Positions 51,972-61,136 of a DNA stretch of 64,000 bases are shown here, piece by piece. The DNA is from Candidatus Latescibacterota bacterium (GTDB lineage Bacteria; Latescibacterota; UBA2968; UBA8231). The stretch is from contig OZ252098.1 of NCBI GenBank assembly GCA_965248355.1, positions 3,136,001 through 3,200,000 on the forward strand, written 5' to 3'. How positions within the stretch are numbered: the first letter of the stretch is position 1; each line of letters starts with the position of its first letter. The position numbers were made by a program, and so were the translations under genes. Below the pieces are notes generated by a model that worked only from the letters and a program-made list of their open reading frames with translations, was not told the DNA's origin and made no database searches.

Positions 51972-53882
51972 TCACCCCGCCGGCTGGTGCAGGTCCGGGT
52001 CCCTCACCGCCTCGTAGATCACCCCGCCCTCGACGTTGCGCGGCATCGGCGCCCCGGTCAGGTAGCAGATCGTCGGCGCCACGTCGATGACGCGCACCTG
52101 GCGGTCGAGCCGGCCCCCCCGGCGCACGCCGGCGCCGGCGGCGATGAAGGTCGAGTGCTGGCCGGCCATGCCGAAGGTCACCGAAGGCAGTTGCTTGCCG
52201 TGGGCCCCGTCGAACTCCGGGCGCAGGGCGTAGACCACGTCGCCCACGCGGTCCGACCACAGGTTCACCATCTCCGCGTCCTCGCGGGTGAGGGCGAGGG
52301 CGAAGGGACGCCGGCCCGTCTCCGGGTCCTCGTAGTCGTGGAGGGCCTGGATGATCTCCCGGCATACGTCGTCGTAGTCCTTGGGATCGACGATGCCGCC
52401 GGGCTCCCGCCCCTTCAGGTTCACGAAGATGTGCACCAGGCCCACGTCGGCCGCCCGGGTGCGCGTCCAGTCGACGCGCCGGTTGCGGCCGCGGCCCTCG
52501 TACTTCAGGAACCCGGCCTGCTCCAGCACCGCCGCGACGTTGACGACCGTGTGCTGCTGCGAGGTGCCGCCGTGGTCGGAGACCACGAAGAAGACGGTGT
52601 CGTCATCGGCCAGCCGGCGCAGGCGGCCGATCCAGCGGTCGATGGAAGCGTAGGTGCGCTCCACGCCCTCGCGGCAGCGCCTCTGCACCGAGGGCGGGGC
52701 CCCGGAGTGGGGATCGGCGGCGCGCAGGAAGAAGTGGCTGGTGTAGTCGGAGGCGTGGGTCTCCGTCATCAGCAGGTCCCAGTCCCGGGAGCCGGCGAGG
52801 TACCCGGCCACGTCGGCCAGGCGCTCGTGGTGGAACTCCAGCAGCTCGAAGTAGGTGTCGTCGTCGATCAGGCCGAGGGCGTCGCGGGCCGGGTTCTGCA
52901 GGAAGTTGCCCACGTGGCGGTCGATCTCGCGGGCCACGGAGGCGGGCTTGGTGTAGCCGTCGGGAGGCCAGATCTGGGGGATGAAGAGCTCGAAGGCGTC
53001 GGCCCCGCGCGACAGGGTGATCAGCTTGGCGCGCACGTATCCCCGCACCTTGCGGCCGTCGATCTCGAAGCGGTCCAGCCACCAGTCGCTCCACTCGCCC
53101 ACGCCGAGGTCGGTTAGAGGCCGGGCCGCGTTCTTCGAGCGGCAGATCCGCACCCGGTCGTAGCCGAGGTCGCCGCCGGCGTAGACCAGGGCGTACAGCG
53201 GCAGAGGGGTGCCCTCCCGGCCCCGGTTCATATCCTCGCGGCCCCTGGCCAGCGGCCGGATGGTGAGAACGGCCTCCTTCGGCGGCCGGCTCGATTCGGG
53301 CAGTCCGCTCCATCCCCGGGCCTCTTCAAGGGTCACGGGATCGAACTCGCTCACCCCCTGCAGGGCGCTCGGGTCCAGGGTCTCGGGGTCGCGCTGGGCC
53401 TCGAGCCGCCGGGGCGCCCACTTGCCGGCCACGAAGAGGTGATAGCCTGCCACCTGGTGATGGTTGGAGACGCCGGGGCCGGTGCCCTCCACCTGCACCC
53501 CCGAGCGCACCGTGGGCGGCCACGACATCTCCCACTTCACCAGGATCGGCTTCCTGCCGCCGCGCTCGAAGGCGTTCCAGATGTACTCCGAGCGCGACAG
53601 GGAGGTGTCGATGCCCCAGAGGGTGCGGTCCAGGCGCTCGCCCACGTGACGGATGTTGAAGTCCAGGACCCCGTGGGTGCCCGGCCACGAGCCCGTGGAC
53701 AGGGCCGTCCAGCCCGGGGGTGTCAGCGTGGGGAAGACGCCGACCATGGGCCGCCAGACGCCCGCCTTCATCAGGGCGCGGACGTTGGGCATGTGGCCGG
53801 CGTCGGCCATGTTCTTCACCAGCTCCATGCTGGCGCCGTCCATGCCGGCGACGATGGCGCGCCGGGCGGGTGCTGCACTCAT
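51972..53882 (-). CDS. Alkaline phosphatase superfamily (nucleotide pyrophosphatase/phosphodiesterase type)
   Basis: AGMDGA, PTLTPPGWTALSTG, VVSDHG, IDVAPT. ATGA overlap with the upstream helicase. Confidence 0.88.
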   Translation of the reverse strand: MSAAPARRAIVAGMDGASMELVKNMADAGHMPNVRALMKAGVWRPMVGVFPTLTPPGWTALSTGSWPGTHGVLDFNIRHVGERLDRTLWGIDTSLSRSEYIWNAFERGGRKPILVKWEMSWPPTVRSGVQVEGTGPGVSNHHQVAGYHLFVAGKWAPRRLEAQRDPETLDPSALQGVSEFDPVTLEEARGWSGLPESSRPPKEAVLTIRPLARGREDMNRGREGTPLPLYALVYAGGDLGYDRVRICRSKNAARPLTDLGVGEWSDWWLDRFEIDGRKVRGYVRAKLITLSRGADAFELFIPQIWPPDGYTKPASVAREIDRHVGNFLQNPARDALGLIDDDTYFELLEFHHERLADVAGYLAGSRDWDLLMTETHASDYTSHFFLRAADPHSGAPPSVQRRCREGVERTYASIDRWIGRLRRLADDDTVFFVVSDHGGTSQQHTVVNVAAVLEQAGFLKYEGRGRNRRVDWTRTRAADVGLVHIFVNLKGREPGGIVDPKDYDDVCREIIQALHDYEDPETGRRPFALALTREDAEMVNLWSDRVGDVVYALRPEFDGAHGKQLPSVTFGMAGQHSTFIAAGAGVRRGGRLDRQVRVIDVAPTICYLTGAPMPRNVEGGVIYEAVRDPDLHQPAG

Positions 53883-56308
53883 GGGGTCTCTCCTGATCGC
53901 GGGTTGAAGAGGTTCGACGGTGGGGCCGGCAGCGCCCCGGAGCCGTTCCAGAAGGCGCTCACCTCGCCGCGGATCGCCTCGCCGCTGCGGGTGGCTCGAG
54001 GCGCGCCCCAGGAGGGCGGGTACTGCTCCCGGTAGTCCGCCCGCGAGAACCGGCGGTCGATGAGCAGCAGCAGCCCGCGGTCGGTGTCGGAGCGGATGAC
54101 GCGCCCGGCCGCCTGCAGCACGCGGTTCATGCCCGGGTAGGCGTAGCCGTAGGCGAAGCCCGCGTTCTCCTGCTCGTCGTAGTAGCCGCGGATCAGGTCG
54201 CGCTCCAGGCAGATCTGCGGCAGGCCGACGCCGACGACGACGGCCCCCACGAGGCGCTCCCCCGCCAGGTCGATGCCCTCCCCGAAGAGGCCGCCCATGA
54301 CGGCGAAGCCGACCACGGTGGACGGATTGTCGACCCGGAAGAGGCCGAGGAAACGCTCCTTCTGCGCCTCGCCCATGGCCGGGATCTGGGCCATGGCGAG
54401 GGTGCCGGCCGGCGCCAGGGCCTCGAAGCGCGGCAGCACCTCCTGCAGGTACTTGTAGGAGGGGAAGTAGACCATGTAGTTGCCGCGGCGGCCGCCCACG
54501 GCGGCGGCGATGGCGGCGGCCACGTCGTCGTAGGAACGGCCCCGCCCCCGGTAGCTGGTGTCGATGTGGTCGGCCACCATGACCAGCAGGTTCTCCGTCG
54601 GAAAGGGGGAGTCGAGCTGCAGGGTGAAGTCCTCGCGCCCGCCGCCGAGGAGCCGGCGAAAGTAGTCCAGGGGGGTGAGGGTGGCGGAGAAGAAGGTGGC
54701 CGAGCGGCCCCGGTCGAGGGCCTTCTCGATGCGTCCCGACGGGTCGAGGCAGAACAGGCGCAGCAGCAGGTCGCCGCGGCCCCGCTTCTCGCCGTAGGTG
54801 ACGTAGCGGCCGTCGAAGAGGTCGGCCACGCGCAGGAAGGCGGCGAGGGTGAAGTACAGGTCGGTGAGGGCCTCGCGCCACGGCGCCGGACGGTTCCTCG
54901 CCAGGACCGGCTCGATCTCGGCCTGGACCCGCGTCAGCAGGGGCGGCAGGTCCTCGGGGGGGTCCTGGTCCAGCCAGCCGCGGCCGTCGCCCTCGTCGTC
55001 GCAGCGGCGCACCTGGGTCTCCAGGTAGAGGTCGAGGGTGCCGAGAGCGTGGGCGATGGCCGGCTGCGAGCCCCCCAGGGCCTTGATGACGGCCCGCACC
55101 TCGCCGCGGCGGATCTCGGCGGAGTACATGTCGCGGGCGCGTTCCACGAGGTTGTGGGCCTCGTCGATGAGGAAGGCGTAGTCGCCGCCGGAATCGAGGA
55201 AGTAGCGCTTGAGGTAGGCCTTGGGATCGAAGACGTAGTTGTAGTCGCAGATGAGCACGTCGGAGAGCAGGGACAGGTCGAGGCCCAGCTCGAAGGGGCA
55301 GACCGTGTGGCTGCGGGCCGTCTCCTCGATGTGGACCCGCGTGAAGTCGTCGTGGGAGCGGAAGGCGTCCTCGAGGGCGTCGTTGACGCGGTCGTAGTAG
55401 CCGAGGGCGAACTCGCAGGTCTCCATGTCGCAGGGGCGGCCGCCGCGGGCGTTGAAGCAGATGCGGTCGCGGGCGGTGATCGTGCAGGACTTGAGGCGCA
55501 GGCCCGAGGCGCGCAGATCGCCGAGGGCGCTCTCGGCCACGGTGCGGCCGCTGGTCTTGGCGGTGAGGTAGAAGATCTTCTCCACGCACCCCTCGCCCAG
55601 GGCCCGGACCGCCGGGAACAGGACCGACATGGTCTTGCCGATGCCGGTGGGCGCCATGGCGAAGAGCCGGCCCTTGGAGACGATGGTCTCGCGCACCGCC
55701 TCCGACAGCTCCTGCTGGCCGGGGCGGTACTCCGGGAAGGGGAAGTCCAGGGTCGAGATCGACGCGTCCCGCCGGGCGCACCACTCGTGCCAGATGCGGG
55801 CCCAGCGCAGGTAGCGGCCCACGAGATCGTCGAAGAAGGCGGCCAGCTCCTGCCGTGAGAACGGGCGCCCGTCCTCGCGCACCTGGCCGCTGTGGAGCTG
55901 CACGTAGGTGAGCCGCACCTCGATGCGCTCCGGCTGCAGGTCCTGGGCCAGGATGTGGGCGTAGAGCTTGGCCTGGCCCCAGTGGAGGGGGTTGTCGGGG
56001 CGGGCCTCGAGGGCGCCGTAGGTGGTCTTGATCTCCTCCACCAGCAGGTCGCCGCCGTCGTGAAGAACGCCGTCGACGCGCCCGGAGATCTCCAGCGACA
56101 GGGCGCCGCCGGCCTCCACCGTGCAGCGCACCGGCACCTCGCTGCGGTACCCGTCCGGCCTCTGGCCCTGCACCAACCGGTGGCCCCGGGTGCCCTCGAC
56201 GGCCCTCTGGGCGGAGTGGAAGGCCGTGCCCAGATCGCCGGAGCGCAGCACGAAGGCAATCAGGTCGCGGACGGAGATCTGTACGTGGCTGTCGGTGGCC
56301 GGCGGCAT
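53879..56308 (-). CDS. Fe-S DinG/Rad3-type helicase with N-terminal PD-(D/E)xK nuclease domain
   Basis: ISVRDL...GTRGH, GRVDG, EEIKT, QAKLYA. APTGIGKT, four Cys (ICF, CDMETC, VCPFE), IDEAHNL, FSATL, EGIDL, QAAGRVIR. Confidence 0.92.
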   Translation of the reverse strand: MPPATDSHVQISVRDLIAFVLRSGDLGTAFHSAQRAVEGTRGHRLVQGQRPDGYRSEVPVRCTVEAGGALSLEISGRVDGVLHDGGDLLVEEIKTTYGALEARPDNPLHWGQAKLYAHILAQDLQPERIEVRLTYVQLHSGQVREDGRPFSRQELAAFFDDLVGRYLRWARIWHEWCARRDASISTLDFPFPEYRPGQQELSEAVRETIVSKGRLFAMAPTGIGKTMSVLFPAVRALGEGCVEKIFYLTAKTSGRTVAESALGDLRASGLRLKSCTITARDRICFNARGGRPCDMETCEFALGYYDRVNDALEDAFRSHDDFTRVHIEETARSHTVCPFELGLDLSLLSDVLICDYNYVFDPKAYLKRYFLDSGGDYAFLIDEAHNLVERARDMYSAEIRRGEVRAVIKALGGSQPAIAHALGTLDLYLETQVRRCDDEGDGRGWLDQDPPEDLPPLLTRVQAEIEPVLARNRPAPWREALTDLYFTLAAFLRVADLFDGRYVTYGEKRGRGDLLLRLFCLDPSGRIEKALDRGRSATFFSATLTPLDYFRRLLGGGREDFTLQLDSPFPTENLLVMVADHIDTSYRGRGRSYDDVAAAIAAAVGGRRGNYMVYFPSYKYLQEVLPRFEALAPAGTLAMAQIPAMGEAQKERFLGLFRVDNPSTVVGFAVMGGLFGEGIDLAGERLVGAVVVGVGLPQICLERDLIRGYYDEQENAGFAYGYAYPGMNRVLQAAGRVIRSDTDRGLLLLIDRRFSRADYREQYPPSWGAPRATRSGEAIRGEVSAFWNGSGALPAPPSNLFNPRSGETP

Positions 56309-56379
56309 GAGGGGTGGGGAATATAGCGGTTGGCCGCGGACCGTTGCCGAAGGGGGCCCCACCGCCGATTCTATGCGCC

Positions 56380-57447
56380 ATGCCGACTCTTTCGATGGAG
56401 CAGATCGCCGAAGCCGCCGCCGCCCTCTTCACCGCCGCGGGCACCCCCGCCGACAAGGCGCGGACCGTGGCCGGCCTGCTGGCCGAGGCCAACTGCGCCG
56501 GCCACGACTCCCACGGCCTCATCCGCGTTCCCCAGTACCTCGACGCCATCGAGGACGGCCGCATCGAGCCGGCGGCCGAGGTGGAGGTCGTGCGGGAGAC
56601 GGCGATCACCGCCGTCCTCGACGGCCACTGGGGATTCGGCCAGGTGGCCATGACCCGCGCCGTCGACGTGGCCCTCGAGAAGGCGTCGGCCCTCGGTCTG
56701 GCGGCCGTGACCGTGCGCAACGCCGGCCACATCGGCCGCCTGGGCAGCTACGTTGACCGCCTCGCCCGCCGCGACCTGGCGGCCCTGCTGCTGGTCAACG
56801 CCGTCGGCATCCCCGCCTTCCGCATGGCCCCCTGGGGCGGCACCGAGGCCCGCCTCGCCACCGACCCCCTGGCCATCGGAGTCCCGCGCTCCACGGGCGA
56901 CCCCGTCGTCCTCGACATGACCACCACGGTGGTGGCCGAGGGCAAGGTGCGGGTGCAGAGCAACCGCGGGGAGCCGGTCCCCGAGGGCTGGCTGATCGAC
57001 GCGGAGGGCCGGCCGACCACCGATCCCGAGGTCCTCTACGAGGAGCCGCGGGGCAGCATCCTGCCCCTGGGCGGCCGCGCCGGCGGCCACAAGGGCTACG
57101 GCCTCAACGTCGCTCTCGAGCTGCTCGCCGGCGCCCTGAGCGGGACCGGTTGCATCGGCGGCGGTCAGCCCATCGGCAACGGCGTCCTGCTCCTCGCCCT
57201 GGAGGTGGAGCGCTTCCTGCCCCTCGACGAGTTCCACCGGGAGGCGGAGAGGTTCTTCGCCCACGTGAAGTCGTCGCCGCCGGCCGCCGGCTTCGACGAG
57301 ATCCTGCTGCCGGGCGAGATCGAGAGCCAGGTGCAGCGGCGCCGGCAGCGGGAGGGCGTCTCCGTCGACGACGAGACCTGGCGGCAGGTCCTGCAGTGGG
57401 CCGAAAAGCTGGGCGCCGACCTGCCCGTCCCGGAGGAGAGTCCATGA
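56380..57447 (+). CDS. Ldh_2 family (malate/L-lactate/ureidoglycolate dehydrogenase-like)
   Basis: GHDSHG, HIGRLGSY, LDMTT, GGHKGYGL, LPGEIE. Confidence 0.92.
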   Translation: MPTLSMEQIAEAAAALFTAAGTPADKARTVAGLLAEANCAGHDSHGLIRVPQYLDAIEDGRIEPAAEVEVVRETAITAVLDGHWGFGQVAMTRAVDVALEKASALGLAAVTVRNAGHIGRLGSYVDRLARRDLAALLLVNAVGIPAFRMAPWGGTEARLATDPLAIGVPRSTGDPVVLDMTTTVVAEGKVRVQSNRGEPVPEGWLIDAEGRPTTDPEVLYEEPRGSILPLGGRAGGHKGYGLNVALELLAGALSGTGCIGGGQPIGNGVLLLALEVERFLPLDEFHREAERFFAHVKSSPPAAGFDEILLPGEIESQVQRRRQREGVSVDDETWRQVLQWAEKLGADLPVPEESP

Positions 57448-58346
57448 TCGTCGACATCCACACCCACCCCCCGAGGCACCGCGAGCTGCCGCCCGGGGCC
57501 GAGCCGGAGCTAAATCACAAGTGGCGGCCCGACCGGCCCGTGAACGTGACCACCACCTGGAAGGACTTCTTCGCCGGCCAGACGCCGGCCGAGGTGTCGG
57601 TGGTCTTCGGCATCGCCATGAGCCCCGGGGGGCCCGCCTACCCGGCGGACCCGGACTGGTCGGAGGGCAACATCAACGACGCCGTGGCCGAGTTCGCGGC
57701 CGCCCACCCCGGCCGCCTCATCGGCTTCGCCGCCGTCCATCCCTTCGACCCGGACTGCCTCGACGAGCTGGAGCGCTGCCGCGTCGACCTGGGCATGCAG
57801 GGCGTCAAGCTCGCCGCCAACTACCAGAACTACGAGCCCCTCGAGCCCCGCGCCCTGGCCGTCTACGACTACGCCCAGCGCCACGGCCTGCCCGTCATGC
57901 TGCACCAGGGCACGTCGCCGGTGCAACACGCCCCCATCCGTTACGCCCACCCCCTGATCGTCGACGAGATCGCCATGCGCTACCCGGAGCTGCGCATGAT
58001 CATGGCCCACCTCGGCCACCCCTGGCAGGCGGAGACCTGCGTCGTCGTCCGCAAGCACCCGCACGTCTACGCCGACCTGTCGGCCACCTTCTACCGGCCC
58101 TACTCGTTCTGGGAGCAGATGGTGAAGGCCTCGGAGTGGAACGTCCTCGACAAGGTGCTCTTCGGCAGCGACTGGCCGATCACCGAGGTGGGGGAGTCGA
58201 TCGAGCGCCTGCGCGCCGTCAACGACATCGTCGAAGGGACGCCGCTGCCCAAGGTGGACCCCGACGCCATCGAGGCCATCATCGAGCGCGACTCCCTCGG
58301 CCTGCTCGGCCTCTCCGCGCCCCCCGGCGCGGGGGGAGAGCGATGA
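57444..58346 (+). CDS. Amidohydrolase family (Amidohydro_2)
   Basis: VDIHTH, GVKL, MLHQG, MAHLGHPW, LFGSDWP. Confidence 0.9.
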   Translation: MIVDIHTHPPRHRELPPGAEPELNHKWRPDRPVNVTTTWKDFFAGQTPAEVSVVFGIAMSPGGPAYPADPDWSEGNINDAVAEFAAAHPGRLIGFAAVHPFDPDCLDELERCRVDLGMQGVKLAANYQNYEPLEPRALAVYDYAQRHGLPVMLHQGTSPVQHAPIRYAHPLIVDEIAMRYPELRMIMAHLGHPWQAETCVVVRKHPHVYADLSATFYRPYSFWEQMVKASEWNVLDKVLFGSDWPITEVGESIERLRAVNDIVEGTPLPKVDPDAIEAIIERDSLGLLGLSAPPGAGGER

Positions 58347-59230
58347 CGCAGTCCGGCGGCGCCCTCGTGAAGCTCGGCGTAATCGGCGGCTCCGGGGTCT
58401 ACCAGATGGAAGGCGCCGAGATCGTCGGCGAGCACGAGATCGAGACGCCCTTCGGGCCGCCCTCGGACCTGCTGGTGGAAACCCTCATCGACGGCCGCAC
58501 CGTGTTCTTCCTCCCCCGCCACGGCCGCGGACACCGGCTGCTGCCCTCCGAGGTGCCCTACCGCGCCAACGTCCACGCCATGAAATCCGCGGGCGTCACC
58601 CACCTGCTGGCGGTCAGCGCCGTGGGCCTCATGAAGGAGCACATCCGGCCCGGCGACATGGTGATCCCCGACCAGATCTTCGACCGCACCCGGGGCCTGC
58701 GGCCGGCCACCTTCTTCGGCGACGGCATCGCCGGCCACGTGTCGCTGGCCGACCCCTTCTGCCGCGGCGAGCTGACGGCCGGCCTGGCGGCGGCGGCCCG
58801 AAAGAGCGGCGCCACCGTGCACGAGGGCGGCACCTACGTGTGCATGGAGGGGCCCCAGTTCTCGTCGAAGGCGGAGTCCCACTTCTACCGCCGCGCCGTG
58901 GACGCCCAGGTCATCGGCATGACCGCCATCCCCGAGGCCAAGCTGGCCCGGGAGGCGGAGATGTGCTACGCGCTGCTGGCCATGGGCACCGACTACGACT
59001 GCTGGCACGAGACCGAGGAGAACGTCTCGGTGGAGACGGTGGTCCAGATCCTGCGGGCCAACGCCGAGCTGGGCTGCCGCATCGTGCGGAATCTCGCCGG
59101 CCGGCTGCCGGCCGCCGTCGACTGCGAGTGCCACAGCGCCGCGAGGTTCGCCGTGATCACGGCGCCGGAGGCGATCAGCCCCCAGGCCCGGGCGCGGCTG
59201 CGGACCCTGTACGGCAAGTACTGGGAGTGA
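58343..59230 (+). CDS. mtnP: S-methyl-5'-thioadenosine phosphorylase
   Basis: GVIGGSG, LPRHG.GH, YRAN, EGPQFS.KAES, IGMT..PEAKLAREAE, TDYDCW. Confidence 0.92.
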   Translation: MTQSGGALVKLGVIGGSGVYQMEGAEIVGEHEIETPFGPPSDLLVETLIDGRTVFFLPRHGRGHRLLPSEVPYRANVHAMKSAGVTHLLAVSAVGLMKEHIRPGDMVIPDQIFDRTRGLRPATFFGDGIAGHVSLADPFCRGELTAGLAAAARKSGATVHEGGTYVCMEGPQFSSKAESHFYRRAVDAQVIGMTAIPEAKLAREAEMCYALLAMGTDYDCWHETEENVSVETVVQILRANAELGCRIVRNLAGRLPAAVDCECHSAARFAVITAPEAISPQARARLRTLYGKYWE

Positions 59231-59246
59231 GCCGGGGCGGGGCTCG

Positions 59247-60380
59247 ATGAAGCGGGATCCCTTGCGAGTCGCGGTGATCGGCGTCGGCAGGATCGGTTTC
59301 TTCCACGCCCGGCACGTGCAGGAGGTGGGAGCGGAGACCGGCGCCTGCCGCCTGGTGGCCGTGGCCGACCGCCATGGGGACACGGCGCAGCGGGCGGCGG
59401 CGAGGCTCAGCGAAGGGGGCCGCGAGCCGGTGGCGGCCTTCGACTCCCCGGAGGCGCTGGCCGGGGCCGGCGTGGCCGACGCCGCCGTGATCGCCTCGCG
59501 CACCCGGGACCACCGCCGCGACACCGAGGCGATGGTGAACGCCGGCGGCCGGGTGCTGCTCGAGAAGCCCCTGGCCGATTCCCTCGACGAGGCCCGCGAC
59601 CTGGCGGCCTGGCTCGAGGCGGAGCCCGCCCGCGGCCGGGCGGTGATGCTGGCCTTCCAGCGGCGCTACGACGAGGCCCTGCTGAGGGCCCGGGAGTTGC
59701 TGCGGGCCAACGCCATCGGCCGCCTCTTCAAGACCCTCTCCGTCCTCGAGGATCCCGAGCCGCCGCCCCCGGGGTACCAGAGCCCCGGCCTGCTGGCCGA
59801 CATGGCCGTGCACAACGCCGACGAGATCCTCTGGCTCGGCGGCGGCACGCCCACGGCGATCACCGGCGTCGGCGCGCGCCTGCACAACCAGCGCATCCCC
59901 GGGGTCGTGGAGGAGGACTTCGACGACATCTTCGTGCAGATGTGGTTCGGGGAGGAGGCGACGGCCCAGATCCAGGTGAGCCGCAACCACGTGGCCGGCT
60001 ACCGCAACGAGACCTTCCTCTACGGCGCCGAAGGCCTGATCCACGTGGGCCACTTCGACGAGGACCCGCTGCGGGCCCGGGTGGAGGCCTACGGCCCGGG
60101 GCACGAGGTCATCGAGAAGCGCGCCTTCGAGCTGCGCGACTACGGCGAGCCCGTGCCCGTCTTCATCCGCCGCTTCGGCAAGGCCTACAAGGCCGAGGTG
60201 GCCGACTTCGTGGCCCGGTGCCGCGCCGGCGAGCCCTTCGCCGTCACCCACCGGCACGGCCTGCAGGCCATGGAGGTGGTCATCGCCGGGGCCGGGGCGG
60301 TGCGCGGGTTGGGCGAGGCGGCACCCATCCGCTTTCCGTCTGACCTACGGTGTGTGGCGCGCAATAGCGGCGCTTCTTAG
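59247..60380 (+). CDS. Gfo/Idh/MocA family oxidoreductase (inositol dehydrogenase-like)
   Basis: VAVIGVGRIG, LLEKPL, FQRRYD, DMAVHNAD. Confidence 0.9.
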   Translation: MKRDPLRVAVIGVGRIGFFHARHVQEVGAETGACRLVAVADRHGDTAQRAAARLSEGGREPVAAFDSPEALAGAGVADAAVIASRTRDHRRDTEAMVNAGGRVLLEKPLADSLDEARDLAAWLEAEPARGRAVMLAFQRRYDEALLRARELLRANAIGRLFKTLSVLEDPEPPPPGYQSPGLLADMAVHNADEILWLGGGTPTAITGVGARLHNQRIPGVVEEDFDDIFVQMWFGEEATAQIQVSRNHVAGYRNETFLYGAEGLIHVGHFDEDPLRARVEAYGPGHEVIEKRAFELRDYGEPVPVFIRRFGKAYKAEVADFVARCRAGEPFAVTHRHGLQAMEVVIAGAGAVRGLGEAAPIRFPSDLRCVARNSGAS

Positions 60381-60385
60381 ACTCA

Positions 60386-60414
60386 GGGTAGAATTGGTTT
60401 TCCTGATTCTACCC
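60386..60414 (+). promoter_or_regulatory. Inverted-repeat operator overlapping a -10 box upstream of vapBC
   Basis: GGGTAGAAT-N11-ATTCTACCC. The left arm contains TAGAAT. Confidence 0.65.
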
Positions 60415-60429
60415 CTGGGAGGAATGGGA

Positions 60430-60687
60430 ATGAGCCTGAACATCAAGAACGACGAGACCTGCCGGCTGGCCGGGGAGCTCGCTCGACTGACCGGCGAGAC
60501 CATGACCAGGGCGATCACCGTGGCCTTGCAGGAACGTCTGGCGCGGGAGACGCGGGAACGCAGCGTCGAAACCCGCGAGAGAGAGCTGCGCGCCATCGCC
60601 GAGCGCTGTGCCCGGCTGCTGGGGCCGGGCCCCTCCGCCGTCGAGCACGGCGATCTCCTCTACGACGAACGCGGATTGCCCAGATGA
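60430..60687 (+). CDS. vapB: VapB-type antitoxin
   Basis: MSLNIKN.ET.RLA.ELA.LTGET...AI..AL.ERL...LYDERGLP. ATGA overlap with the PIN toxin. Confidence 0.9.
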   Translation: MSLNIKNDETCRLAGELARLTGETMTRAITVALQERLARETRERSVETRERELRAIAERCARLLGPGPSAVEHGDLLYDERGLPR

Positions 60688-61070
60688 TCGTCGACAGCTC
60701 GGCTCTGCTGGCCGTCCTGTTCCGCGAGGCGGATGCGGAGCGTTACGAGAAGGCGATCGCCGAGGCACCGAATTGCCGCATGTCGGTTGCCAATCTGCTG
60801 GAGGTATTCATCGTCGTGGAAAGCCGCGGCGGCACCGCGGCCGGGCAGGAGTGCGACGCCTTTCTGGACAAGGCGGAGATCGATCAGGAACCGGTCATGC
60901 CCGAACATGCGCAGGAGGCGAGGCGAGCCTGGCGGCGCTTCGGGAAGGGCAACCATCCGGCGGCGCTCAACTTCGGCGACTGCTTCGCCTACGCGCTGGC
61001 GCGCACGACCGGGGAGCCGCTGTTGTTCAAGGGCGAGGACTTCGCCCGCACCGATATCGAGGCGGCGTAA
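60684..61070 (+). CDS. vapC: VapC PIN-domain toxin
   Basis: MIVDSSAL, FGKGNHPAALNFGDCFAYALA, LLFKGEDF..TD. Confidence 0.95.
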   Translation: MIVDSSALLAVLFREADAERYEKAIAEAPNCRMSVANLLEVFIVVESRGGTAAGQECDAFLDKAEIDQEPVMPEHAQEARRAWRRFGKGNHPAALNFGDCFAYALARTTGEPLLFKGEDFARTDIEAA

Positions 61071-61136
61071 TCGCAGCGACCGCCGCAACGCCTCGGCCCC
61101 TGAACGCTCCAGGGACCGAGGCTTGATCCAACCCCC

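Noticed and set aside
53879..56308. Cas4/CasDinG (type IV CRISPR) interpretation
   Set aside because: No repeat-spacer array or other cas genes are visible, and this fusion occurs outside CRISPR loci.
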